NCBI GenBank assembly: GCA_029210645.1
Contig: JARGFT010000007.1
Coordinates: forward strand, 55,297 to 119,296
Direction: 5' to 3'
Source: Anaerosomatales bacterium
GTDB taxonomy: Bacteria; Actinomycetota; Coriobacteriia; Anaerosomatales; SLCP01
DNA length: 64,000 nucleotides
The translations under genes were made by a program, and so were the position numbers. Position 1 is the first letter of the stretch. Every line of letters starts with the position of its first letter. The notes under the pieces were generated by a model. That model saw nothing but the letters and a program-made list of their open reading frames with translations. It did not search any database and was not told the DNA's origin. Positions 55,363-64,000 of the stretch are shown piece after piece.

Positions 55363-56256
55363 TCACATCGCCTCGAGACGCTTGATGCGCTCGTCGATGG
55401 GCGGGTGCGTGTTGAAAAGCGCGTTCAGCCCTCCGCCGTAGTCGCGCAAGGGGTTGTATATGTAGAGAGCCTCGGTGGCTTTGTTCGCCACTGTGAGCTT
55501 CTCGTGATCGCCCGCGATCTTGCGCAGGGCGCTCGCGAGTCCGGGCGGGTAGCGGGTCAGCAGGGCACCGTTCGCATCGGCCAGGTACTCGCGCTTGCGG
55601 GAGATCGCCATCTGGATGAGTGCCGCGAAGAGCGGGGCAAGGACCGCGAGCACGATACCGATGAGCATGAAGATCGCCTGGGCCTGTCCCCCGCCCTCGT
55701 TGCTACTCCGCCGACGAGCACTACCCCAGAAAAACGAGCGGATCATCCAGTCGGAGAGAAGCACCACGGTTCCGGCAAGGACCGCCGTGAGAGTCTGCAC
55801 GAGCGTGTCGTAGTTCTTCACGTGAGCGAGCTCGTGCGCGACGACGCCTTCGAGCTCGAGACGGTCGAGCTTCTCCATAAGACCGCGGGTCACCGCGATG
55901 GCGGCGTTGTCCGGGTTGCGACCGGTGGCGAACGCGTTGGGCGCCGGATCGTCGATGACGTAGGCCTTAGGGACCGGCAGCCCAGCGGCGATCGAGAGCC
56001 CTTCGATGACGTTCACCAGATAGGGCTCGCTATCGCGGTCGACCGGGCGGGCCTTGCTCATGGAGAGCACGATTCGATCCGAGTACCAGTACGACCCCCA
56101 CGCCATGGCGAACGAGACGATGAGCGCGAGCACCAGACCGGCGGGCCCCCAGTCCGTCGCGTAGCCGAATGCCCACCCGATGGCGAGCACGAGCAGCACG
56201 AACACGCCGATCATCGCCGCGCTCTTGAACTTGTTGGTGGTTATCTGGTCGTACAT
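55363..56256 (-). CDS. htpX: Zinc metalloprotease HtpX (M48)
   Basis: HELAHVKN, EYLADANGA, THPPIDERI. Confidence 0.95.
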   Translation of the reverse strand: MYDQITTNKFKSAAMIGVFVLLVLAIGWAFGYATDWGPAGLVLALIVSFAMAWGSYWYSDRIVLSMSKARPVDRDSEPYLVNVIEGLSIAAGLPVPKAYVIDDPAPNAFATGRNPDNAAIAVTRGLMEKLDRLELEGVVAHELAHVKNYDTLVQTLTAVLAGTVVLLSDWMIRSFFWGSARRRSSNEGGGQAQAIFMLIGIVLAVLAPLFAALIQMAISRKREYLADANGALLTRYPPGLASALRKIAGDHEKLTVANKATEALYIYNPLRDYGGGLNALFNTHPPIDERIKRLEAM

Positions 56257-56328
56257 ACTGGCCGGCTCCCCGGAGTACGTGAACGGATCAGACGGCCGGG
56301 CGTACCCGGGGTACCCGCGCGAACGGCC

Positions 56329-56901
56329 CTAGAACTCTACCTTGACCGCCTCGCGTGCCTCGACCTCGATCTCGAAGTAGTCCTGCTGGACGAAGCCGAG
56401 GATCCCTGCGATCAGATTGGCCGGGAACGACTGGATCGCGGTGTTGAAGCTCATCACCGAGTCGTTGTAGAACTGCCGAGCGTAGGCGATCTTGCTCTCG
56501 GTTCCGGAGAGTTCCTCCTGCAGCATCATGAAGTTCTGATTCGCCTTGAGGTCCGGGTACGCCTCGGCCACGGCAAACAGACTCTTCAGCGTCGAGGAGA
56601 GCATGTTCTCGGCGGCGCCCTGCTCCTTGACGGTGCCGGCGTTGATCGCCATGTTGCGCGCCTCGGTGACCTTCTGCAGCGTTTCGGCCTCGTGGGTCAT
56701 GTAGCCTTTGACAGTCTCGACGAGGTTCGGGATCAGGTCGTAGCGGCGTCGGAGCTGCACATCGATCTGGGACCAGGCGTTCTGGACCCGGTTGCGCAGC
56801 ACCACGAGCCGGTTGTAGAGCACGATGACCGCGAGGGCGACCACGAGCAGGATGGCGACCCCCCCGCACAGCAGAAACCCAAGCCCGCCGGCGATCTCCA
56901 T
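56329..56901 (-). CDS. lemA: LemA family protein
   Basis: YNRLVVLRNRVQNAWSQIDVQLRRRYDLIPNLVETVKGY. Internal ATG 56901 with GAGGAGG SD. Confidence 0.9.
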   Translation of the reverse strand: MEIAGGLGFLLCGGVAILLVVALAVIVLYNRLVVLRNRVQNAWSQIDVQLRRRYDLIPNLVETVKGYMTHEAETLQKVTEARNMAINAGTVKEQGAAENMLSSTLKSLFAVAEAYPDLKANQNFMMLQEELSGTESKIAYARQFYNDSVMSFNTAIQSFPANLIAGILGFVQQDYFEIEVEAREAVKVEF

Positions 56902-56975
56902 GTGGAACCTCCTCGTACTCAGTGTGTTCTCTGCGCTACACTCGCGCTCACGATGGTAACAGAAGGTACTCACCG

Positions 56976-57677
56976 ATGATTCCCATCAGGGACGACAATC
57001 CCACGCGCCGCTTTCCCCTCGTGACGGCGGCACTCCTCGTGGCGAACGCGGCAGTGTTCGCCTATGAGGTGTCACTCCCCGATGCCGAGTTCGTGGCGTT
57101 TCTCAACACGTGGGCCCTCACTCCCGCCCGCCTTGCCGCCGAACCCTTCTCGCCCGCGGTGCTCATCACGCTCGTGACCGCCATGTTCCTCCACGGAGGG
57201 TGGCTGCACCTCGGCGGGAACATGCTCTACCTGTGGATCTTCGGCAACAACGTCGAGGATACGCTCGGTCGCCTCAAGTTCCTGGCGTTCTACCTGGCCA
57301 CAGGTGTCATCGCCACCCTCGCCCACGTCGTTGTCAGCGGCCCCTCGGAGGTGCCACTCGTGGGGGCCAGTGGGGCCATCGCGGGCATCCTCGCCGCGTA
57401 TCTGCTGCTCTTCCCGAAGGCCCACGTCCTCGTGCTGATCCCGGTGTTCTTCATCATCGAGCTCGCCCGCGTCCCGGCAACGTTTGTGATCGGATTCTGG
57501 TTCGTCCTGCAACTCGTGCAGGGCATCGGATCCATCTCACCGGCGGGTTCGGGGGGCGTGGCGTGGTGGGCGCACATCGGAGGCTTCGCTGCCGGGCTTC
57601 TCCTGACACTGCCGGCCTGGCTGGCCAGGCGCCGACTTGAGAAACGCCGGAAGACGCGGTTCACCACCTGGCGATAG
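56976..57677 (+). CDS. Rhomboid-family intramembrane serine protease
   Basis: MFLHGGWLHLGGNMLYLWIFG, GASGAIAG (catalytic Ser), WWAHIGGF (His). Internal ATG 56976. Confidence 0.9.
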   Translation: MIPIRDDNPTRRFPLVTAALLVANAAVFAYEVSLPDAEFVAFLNTWALTPARLAAEPFSPAVLITLVTAMFLHGGWLHLGGNMLYLWIFGNNVEDTLGRLKFLAFYLATGVIATLAHVVVSGPSEVPLVGASGAIAGILAAYLLLFPKAHVLVLIPVFFIIELARVPATFVIGFWFVLQLVQGIGSISPAGSGGVAWWAHIGGFAAGLLLTLPAWLARRRLEKRRKTRFTTWR

Positions 57678-57682
57678 GAGCT

Positions 57683-58057
57683 CTACGCCTCGGAGTCGAT
57701 CTCGTGGAGCACGTCATCGACGCACTCGACACTGTCGAGCTGCCGGCGGAAGTACTCACAGTAGGCGTCCATGTTCTCCTGACCGTCCTCGCCAGGGGTA
57801 TCGATACCCTCGACTTCGACAGTAAGTGCCACCATGCCGGCAAGCGGGGCCGAGTAGCCGCCTGTCTCCTCGGCGAGTGACTCGATGGCGGAAAGCAGGA
57901 ACGCCGGGATCCTGACGCTGACACCGATCTCGGTGCCGCAGCTGGGGCAGGTGAAGACGATGTCCGCCTGCTCGGGCTCGCGCAGGACGACCGTGTCGAT
58001 ATCCTCGAGAGAGACCTCGACCGGACCGTCGACCGGACAATCGATGACGAACTGCAT
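57683..58057 (-). CDS. Small acidic hypothetical protein with possible zinc-ribbon (C7...C37xxC40)
   Basis: 124 aa, strongly acidic. DCPVDG...FTCPSCG. No family recognised. Confidence 0.45.
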   Translation of the reverse strand: MQFVIDCPVDGPVEVSLEDIDTVVLREPEQADIVFTCPSCGTEIGVSVRIPAFLLSAIESLAEETGGYSAPLAGMVALTVEVEGIDTPGEDGQENMDAYCEYFRRQLDSVECVDDVLHEIDSEA

Positions 58058-58198
58058 CGTACTCTCGCCTCCTCGGGGAGGTCCTGCGCTCCCACCATTG
58101 TAGCGCGCCGGTGGCCTGTGTGAACCGCGCCCCCGTCTGTTTCACGGACTCGCAAGAACCACGCCACATCTGCGCGGCGTGGTGCTACCATCTCCACC

Positions 58199-58921
58199 GT
58201 GTCTGTTCCCGCGCCCACACCCTCTCAGCCCACGCAGCACTCCCGCTTCATGCGCGGAGTCCGTCTCGGCCTTCCCATCTTCCTGGGATACGTTCCCGTG
58301 GGTGCTGCCTTCGGCGTGATCGCCACGACGATCGGGTTCTCCGCACTGCAGGCGGTCGTCTGCTCGGCGACCGCGCTCGCCGGTGCCGGTCAGTTCATCG
58401 CACTCAACCTGATGAAGGAGGGTGCCGGAGTGGTGGCGGTGGTTGCAGCGACCACCGTCGTCAACCTGCGCTACGTCCTGTTCGGCGCCACACTCTCGCC
58501 CCACCTCAAGGGGATGCCGCTCGCAAGCCAGGCGCTGCTCGCCTTCACCCTGACCGACGAGACGTTCGCCGTGAACGTAAGCGACCGCCGCACGGGCGCG
58601 TCCTCGGGAGCGTCGATGGCCGGGGTCGGTGCGATCGCATGGACCGGCTGGGTCGCGGGGACCGCTGCCGGAGCTCTGGCCGCATCACTCATCGGAGACC
58701 CATCACGCTGGGGTGTCGACTTCGCGATGCCGGCCATGTTCACCGCGTTGCTCATAGCGCTCGCCGAGGATCGTAAGCAGATGGTCGTCGCGGCCTGTGC
58801 GGCGCTGCTCGCGGTCGGACTGCCCGCACTCGCGTCGGTCGGGATCGCGATCCCGTCGAGTTGGCTGATCGTGATCGCATCGATGGGCGCCGCAACGCTC
58901 GGTGCGGTGGTGCTCCGGTGA
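58199..58921 (+). CDS. azlC: AzlC-family branched-chain amino acid exporter subunit
   Basis: GLPIFLGYVPVGAAFGV...AGAGQFIAL...VVNLRYVLFGATL. Confidence 0.85.
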   Translation: MSVPAPTPSQPTQHSRFMRGVRLGLPIFLGYVPVGAAFGVIATTIGFSALQAVVCSATALAGAGQFIALNLMKEGAGVVAVVAATTVVNLRYVLFGATLSPHLKGMPLASQALLAFTLTDETFAVNVSDRRTGASSGASMAGVGAIAWTGWVAGTAAGALAASLIGDPSRWGVDFAMPAMFTALLIALAEDRKQMVVAACAALLAVGLPALASVGIAIPSSWLIVIASMGAATLGAVVLR

Positions 58922-59244
58922 GCAGCTCATACATCTGGGCGGTCGTTGCATTCATGGCCGTGGCGAACTACGCCGTACGCTTCCCGCCCATCGCGATCGT
59001 CTCCCGGCTCCGCCTCCCCGAGCAGGTCGTCAGGTGGCTGTCCTACGTCCCTGCGGCAGTGATGGGATCGCTCGTCGCCGGCGAGGTCCTGCGGCCCGCC
59101 GGGGAGTATCTGCTCACGCTGCGTAACCCGTACCTGCTCGCCGCGGTCCCGACCGCGTTCATCTATCACCGGACGCGGAGCTTCCTCGGAGCCACCGTCG
59201 CCGGTATGCTCATCTTCGTCGGCATCCGGGCTCTGCTGGGCTGA
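58918..59244 (+). CDS. azlD: AzlD-family small membrane subunit
   Basis: GTG 58918 overlaps the azlC stop (GTGA). VANYAVRFPPIAI...YVPAAVMGSLV. Confidence 0.8.
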   Translation: MSSSYIWAVVAFMAVANYAVRFPPIAIVSRLRLPEQVVRWLSYVPAAVMGSLVAGEVLRPAGEYLLTLRNPYLLAAVPTAFIYHRTRSFLGATVAGMLIFVGIRALLG

Positions 59245-59362
59245 CCTGGATTCCTGGTGAGGGCACGGCCCATCGGGTAGACTGACTGCCCGGGCACCCG
59301 TTCGAAGCGTCTGGCTTCGGACGCCCGCCGCCGGATAACCCGCACGAGCGAGAGGACCCCAC

Positions 59363-60664
59363 GTGGCCCGCTTCAGGCCCTTCAAGGCGTACACGTACGC
59401 GCGCACCACCCCGGACATCTCGGACCTCACGGCTCCCCCCTACGACGTCATCTCAGAGAAGCAGCGCAGTGCGTTGCTGTCGCGAAGCCCCAGCAACGTC
59501 GTTGCTCTCGAGCTGCCCGAGGGTTCCCTCGACCCCGCCGCCGAGGGGAACCGGTACGCGACGGGACGATACCGCTGGCGGGAGTGGCGGGACTCGGGCG
59601 TGCTCGTTCGCGACCGGGTGCCCACGGTCTACGTGCTCGAGCAGCGATACCTGCTCGACGGACGTGAGGTACGACGTCGTGCCTTCATCGGCGAGGTGGA
59701 GCTGCGGGCCTTCTCGGAAGGCGTCGTGCTTCCCCACGAGCGCACGCTCCCCAAGGCCCTCGGCGACCGATTCAATCTCACCAAGGCATGCGCTGCCAAC
59801 TTCAGCCAGGTCTTCGGGTTGTACAGCGATCCGGAGCGGGTCACCGATCGCTACTTCGAGCAGGCCATGTCGGGCCGGATCGTCATGACCGCGACCGATG
59901 ACGACGGCGTGGTGAGCGACGTGTGGGCGCTGACCGACCCGGAGGCGCTGGCCGGCCTTGCCGCGGCGCTGGATCCGAAGCAGGTATTCATCGCCGACGG
60001 ACACCACCGGTATACGACCGCGCTCGCCTACCGCGACGAGAGGCGCGCGGCGGCGGCAAACACCGGAGTCACTCCGACCGATCCGGCCTATGACTTCGTG
60101 ATGATGGCGCTCGTGAACATGGACGACCCGGGGCTCGTGGTCCTGCCGACCCACCGCGTCGCAGATGCACCCCGTGACTTCGACGCGAGCCGCTTCCGCG
60201 CATCGCTCGCCGAGACATTCGAACTCGCCGACATCCCCGCAGGCAGCACTCCTGAGGATGCGCTCGGCTCGCTCGAGACACCCGGGTTCGTCGTTGCCCT
60301 GCGCGGAGGCGGGAGCCCCTTCCTGGCCTCGATCAGGCCGGACGCCGATCTCGATGAGCTCATACCGCTCGAGCACTCGCGCGCATGGAAGGAGCTCGAC
60401 GTCGCCGTGTTGCAGGAGCTGGTTCTCGACCGGCTGCTCGACATCAGCACCGACCGTCCGCACACGCTCGAGCGGCTCTCCTTCGTCAAGGACACCGGCG
60501 AGGCGATCGCGGCCGTGGCCGAGCGCGATACAGCCTTCATCCTGCGCCCGACCCGCATGGACCAGATGCGCGCCGTCGCGCTCGCCGGCGAGACGATGCC
60601 GCAGAAGTCGACGTACTTCTACCCGAAACTGCTCTCCGGACTGGTGCTGCGAACGATGGACTAG
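59363..60664 (+). CDS. DUF1015 family protein
   Basis: FRPFKAYTY...APPYDVIS...VVLPHERTL...FIADGHHRYTTAL...LPTHR...MPQKSTYFYPKL. Confidence 0.85.
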   Translation: MARFRPFKAYTYARTTPDISDLTAPPYDVISEKQRSALLSRSPSNVVALELPEGSLDPAAEGNRYATGRYRWREWRDSGVLVRDRVPTVYVLEQRYLLDGREVRRRAFIGEVELRAFSEGVVLPHERTLPKALGDRFNLTKACAANFSQVFGLYSDPERVTDRYFEQAMSGRIVMTATDDDGVVSDVWALTDPEALAGLAAALDPKQVFIADGHHRYTTALAYRDERRAAAANTGVTPTDPAYDFVMMALVNMDDPGLVVLPTHRVADAPRDFDASRFRASLAETFELADIPAGSTPEDALGSLETPGFVVALRGGGSPFLASIRPDADLDELIPLEHSRAWKELDVAVLQELVLDRLLDISTDRPHTLERLSFVKDTGEAIAAVAERDTAFILRPTRMDQMRAVALAGETMPQKSTYFYPKLLSGLVLRTMD

Positions 60665-61467
60665 GCGCGCCTCGCGCCCACACCCTGCACGTCGATGCCG
60701 ATGCGTCGCGGGCAGACCGCCCCGAGGCGGCAGCGGTCGCACAGAGGACGCCTCGGCCGACACGTCTCGCGCCCGATGAGCCATGCTGCCAGATCCAGGG
60801 TTCCGGGTGCTTCCGGGCAGATACGCGCTGCGGCCCTCTCGATCTCCTCGAGCGTGTCGCGCGCGACCAGCCCTGTGCGCAAGAAGACCCGGCGTACCTG
60901 GACGTCGTAGGCGACCTGCCCGCACTCCTGCCCTCGCAGCTGCACTCCGTAGTGGCGCGTAAGGATCTCGACGGCCATCACTGCCTTCTTGCGACCGATA
61001 CCGTCGAAGGCCGCCAGGCGCCCGGTGACGTCGAGGACGTGCGCGCCATCGCGCCAGATCCGCGTAGCATCGCCACCGTATTCGTCGAGAAGTCTGCGTG
61101 CCGCCGAGGATATCCACGTCGGGAGCGTGTTCTTGAAACGGTGCAACATCGGCGGCTGTTGGACGGCGAAGGCCACCGCCTCACGCTCGACCGCGAGCCG
61201 CTCGAGGTCGAGGTGCCCGAGCCTCTGCAGAAGTAACCACGGTCCGGCCCATGCCCTCTCGGCAGGGATCCCCTGCGTGAAGAGCACGCCGATGAGGAAC
61301 GCCTCGGGCGATGATGCGAGCAGTTCATCGGCGTCGGTGTCACCGGTGAACGACGAGCCCACCTGCGCGGCTCCAGAGGCCTGCAGTTCCCACCCGTAGC
61401 GAACGAGCTCCTCACCCACCGCGACACGGACAGCCGCGCTCGAACGACGTCGCGCCACCCGGGCCAC
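60661..61467 (-). CDS. HhH-GPD superfamily base-excision-repair-type protein with [4Fe-4S] cluster loop
   Basis: HhH segment LAAFDGIGRKKAVMAV. C-terminal C-x6-C-x2-C-x5-C (CRPRRPLCDRCRLGAVC), as in endonuclease III/MutY. Confidence 0.7.
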   Translation of the reverse strand: MARVARRRSSAAVRVAVGEELVRYGWELQASGAAQVGSSFTGDTDADELLASSPEAFLIGVLFTQGIPAERAWAGPWLLLQRLGHLDLERLAVEREAVAFAVQQPPMLHRFKNTLPTWISSAARRLLDEYGGDATRIWRDGAHVLDVTGRLAAFDGIGRKKAVMAVEILTRHYGVQLRGQECGQVAYDVQVRRVFLRTGLVARDTLEEIERAAARICPEAPGTLDLAAWLIGRETCRPRRPLCDRCRLGAVCPRRIGIDVQGVGARRA

Positions 61468-61473
61468 CGCCGC

Positions 61474-61707
61474 CTACCGGCCGAGCGAGCCGCGCTTGAT
61501 CGAATGGATGAGGACCTCGCGCTCTTCGGGTGTGTACGCTTCGCCGACCTCACGAAGCGCCGTGATGCGTGCCCCGAGGAGTACGCCCCCCGCGATCTGG
61601 TGGACGATGTAGAGCAGCCACCCCACTGCGATGGCGCAGAACACATCTCTCACCAGGTTCCACAGGAGGAGGTCGCCGGTATCGCGGGTGCATCTGAACG
61701 GGCACAT
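61474..61707 (-). CDS. Small (77 aa) membrane protein, unknown function
   Basis: Strong SD AAGGAGGA 5 nt upstream of the ATG. One TM helix (FCAIAVGWLLYIVHQIAGGVLLGA). N-terminal CPFRC. Confidence 0.55.
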   Translation of the reverse strand: MCPFRCTRDTGDLLLWNLVRDVFCAIAVGWLLYIVHQIAGGVLLGARITALREVGEAYTPEEREVLIHSIKRGSLGR

Positions 61708-61779
61708 GAAGGTCCTCCTTGTTGTGCGATCACGGGACGTACGCGCAGGCGCTCGCAGCGAGGCACGCGGGTGCGGGTG

Positions 61780-62019
61780 TCAGAGTCGCGGGCCCTTCGT
61801 GAGAAAGAGGGCGCAGTGAAGGCACGAGTCCTTGACCGCCTTCTCTCGATCGGGCTCGATGGCAAACACGAGCGCCGGGTCGGTGGTCAGCTCGTTTTGC
61901 GGGAGCCGGCAGAAGCCCCAGGCGCACTTGGTGGGACAGCGATCGTGCAGCGTGGTCGCGTGCAAGCACTCCGCCTGCATCTCCTCGTCACAGCCGCGCA
62001 TCTCCCAGCACCGTGCCAT
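61780..62019 (-). CDS. Small (79 aa) cysteine-rich protein with CWExxxC start (two-CW-like)
   Basis: MARCWEMRGCDEEMQAECLHATTLHDRCPTKCAWGFC...CLHC, 8 Cys. GGGAGG SD. Confidence 0.55.
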   Translation of the reverse strand: MARCWEMRGCDEEMQAECLHATTLHDRCPTKCAWGFCRLPQNELTTDPALVFAIEPDREKAVKDSCLHCALFLTKGPRL

Positions 62020-62117
62020 TGCGTCCGCCTCCCGTAAGCCAGCCGTATCAGCGCATCATACACCGGCCCCGCGGGCAGTGTCAGACAGGGATGAGCCCTC
62101 GGTGGTCGTAGTCATCA

Positions 62118-63347
62118 ATGAAGCACATGCGAGCCCACCACCAATCGACTATCCTGATGCGTTATGGAGGCTCTGTCAGCGGGTCTTCTGGGGGCCCGCC
62201 GTCCATCGCATACCATGCCGACCGCCGATGCGGCCGGACGACCTTCGGGAGTACCGTGACTCACAGCACCGCACCGGGCACAGAGTACGACACTGTTGTC
62301 GTCGGGGCCGGACCCGCCGGCCTGATGGCAGCTATGAAGGCGGCCGAGCGGGGCACCGTGCTCGTGGTCGAGGCATCATCCATGCCGAGGGACAAGAGCT
62401 GCGGCGGCATGCTCAACGAGTACGCGCAAGCATTCCTTGCCGGAATCGCACCGCTTCCGCAGTCGATGGTGCGCCCGCCCGCCTGCATCAACTTCCGATA
62501 CGTCGACTGGGATCGCGGCATCCGCAAGCCGACGTCGCTGCGCTTCCTCAACGTCGACCGTCGCGAGTTCGACGACTGGCTCGTCTCGCTGCTGCCCGAC
62601 AACGTCGACGTCGCCGCTTCGAGTCCCGTCAAGGGCATGGCGCAAGACGACGCCGGCGTGTCCGTGACCGTACGGGTCGACGGTGAGGACCGCATGGTGC
62701 GCTGCAACAACCTCGTGGGAGCGGACGGTGCGCGTTCGGCGGTTCGACGAACCCTCGGCGAAGGCAGCGTCTCCACCTACGTCACCCTGCAGGATTTCTG
62801 CAAGCTTGAGGGTGAACTCGAGCCTTACTTCGATTGCATCTACATGCGTGACATCGGGGACAGCTACGCCTACTCCTATATCGTCCCCAAGGGCGAGTGG
62901 GGCTTGGTCGGGTCTGTCTACTACCCGAAGACGAAGCGCCCGCACGAGAAACAAGACCAGACCATGCAGATCCTGCGCACGTCCCTCCCCCAGCTCGGAG
63001 AGACGGTCAAGCGCGAGGCCTCCGTTGCACTTCACGTGCGATCGGCCGCGGACGTGGTGCCCGGCCGCGGACGGGTGCTGCTCGTCGGAGAGGCCGGCGG
63101 TTTCATGTCGCCGACGTCGGGAGAGGGCATCTCCTACGCGATGAACTCCGGGGCCGCGGCGGGTGCCGCGATCGCCTCCTCGGCGCCCGATGATGCGCTG
63201 GCGGCGTACGCGCACTCGGTCGACCACATCGCTGCGAACATCCGCCGCAAGCTGCGCTGGCTCCCGTTCATGGAGTCCGCATGGGGCAAGTATCTCGCCG
63301 GCTTCGTACCCACGCCCATCGTCAGCAAGGTGACCGAGGGACTCTAG
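62118..63347 (+). CDS. FAD-dependent oxidoreductase, geranylgeranyl-reductase-like family
   Basis: YDTVVVGAGPAGLMAA (dinucleotide fold), KSCGGML, LVGADGARSAVRR, GEAGGFMSPTSGEGISYAM. Start possibly GTG 62256 (GGGAG 4 nt upstream). Confidence 0.75.
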   Translation: MKHMRAHHQSTILMRYGGSVSGSSGGPPSIAYHADRRCGRTTFGSTVTHSTAPGTEYDTVVVGAGPAGLMAAMKAAERGTVLVVEASSMPRDKSCGGMLNEYAQAFLAGIAPLPQSMVRPPACINFRYVDWDRGIRKPTSLRFLNVDRREFDDWLVSLLPDNVDVAASSPVKGMAQDDAGVSVTVRVDGEDRMVRCNNLVGADGARSAVRRTLGEGSVSTYVTLQDFCKLEGELEPYFDCIYMRDIGDSYAYSYIVPKGEWGLVGSVYYPKTKRPHEKQDQTMQILRTSLPQLGETVKREASVALHVRSAADVVPGRGRVLLVGEAGGFMSPTSGEGISYAMNSGAAAGAAIASSAPDDALAAYAHSVDHIAANIRRKLRWLPFMESAWGKYLAGFVPTPIVSKVTEGL

Positions 63348-63923
63348 CTATCCCTGGCGCTGGTCGAAGTTCTCGAACATCTTGCTGGAGGTGACGTCCG
63401 TCTGCCCCTGATACTTGCTGCCCAGCCCTGGCGTGCCGTAGGGCCGCTCGACCCGCGTGGTCATCTGGAAGAAGGATATCTGGCCTATGGGCATCCCCGG
63501 CATCAGCACGATCGGCAGGTTTGCGACGTTGGAGAGCTCGAGTGTCAACCGTCCGTCCCAGCCGGGATCGACGTAGCCCGCCGTCGAGTGAATCAGCAGT
63601 CCCAGCCTGCCAAGCGAGGACTTCCCCTCCAATCGTGCGACCAGGTCGTCGGCGAGCGCCACGCGCTCGATGGTCGTCCCGAGCACGAACTCTCCCGGAT
63701 GGAGAACGAAGGGCTCCTCGGCGGTGGCCCTCACGAGCTCCATAAGGCCCGCCTGTTCGCGCGAGGGATCGATGTACGGATAGCGCGAGTTGCGAAAGAC
63801 CTGGAAGCTCGAGCCGAGGTGAAGATCGACGCTCGAAGGTTGGATATCATCGGGGTCGCAGGGCTCGATGCGTATGCGGCCCGCGACCATCTGCTCCTTG
63901 ATCGTTCTGTCTGACAGCACCAT
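63348..63923 (-). CDS. dcd: dCTP deaminase
   Basis: QPSSVDLHLG, GKSSLGRLGLLIH, AGYVDPGWDGRLTLEL. Confidence 0.95.
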   Translation of the reverse strand: MVLSDRTIKEQMVAGRIRIEPCDPDDIQPSSVDLHLGSSFQVFRNSRYPYIDPSREQAGLMELVRATAEEPFVLHPGEFVLGTTIERVALADDLVARLEGKSSLGRLGLLIHSTAGYVDPGWDGRLTLELSNVANLPIVLMPGMPIGQISFFQMTTRVERPYGTPGLGSKYQGQTDVTSSKMFENFDQRQG

Positions 63924-64000
63924 ACGTGCGCCTCCTTCACCGGAAGCGGCCGCACCTCCGAAAGAGGCACGGCCGCTCGGTACTCGACTCCTACGATTCC

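Overview
GC-rich bacterial chromosome segment, almost fully coding, with about 60 of 68 genes on the minus strand. The gene order matches the Gram-positive housekeeping backbone (Bacillus / Actinomycetota-like). Reading along the minus strand from 64000 down: dcd ... pdxST, yebC, ruvCAB ... folD, csp, queH, queA, [ECF sigma/anti-sigma inserted on the plus strand], tgt, yajC, secDF, recJ, relA, MBL hydrolase, crcB, hisS, aspS, rarA, DUF948, anti-sigma + SigB/F-like sigma, AI-2E permease, alaS, ruvX, mltG, yqeG-like, aroE. Superoxide reductase, QueH, a KamA-family radical-SAM enzyme and the lack of oxygen-dependent enzymes suggest an anaerobic, high-GC Gram-positive lineage (inference only). The accessory part is 1..14923, a type IVa-like pilus (T4P) locus translationally coupled to aroE. 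It runs pilB2, a four-gene small-GTPase module, pilB1, pilC, two tandem pilin genes, pilD, three pseudopilin/PilX-like genes, and pilM, which leaves the window. Main observations: (1) a conservon/MglAB-like module (Roadblock, PATAN-DUF4388 protein, CvnD/MglA-like GTPase, membrane anchor) sits between the two PilB ATPases, where pilT normally lies; (2) three sigma-28 (FliA/WhiG)-type promoters sit in front of both pilin genes and the pseudopilin operon; (3) c-di-GMP-binding MshEN-type motifs are intact in PilB1, half-degenerate in PilB2 and present once in the PATAN protein; (4) a RecJ-HIRAN-RecQ-like helicase fusion of 1214 aa. I saw no rRNA, tRNA, CRISPR array, transposase or prophage genes. 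All calls come from reading the ORF translations and the sequence by eye. Start codons were re-derived by hand where the ORF track clearly over-extends, and several remain uncertain by a few codons. Family assignments are motif recognition from memory, not database hits.
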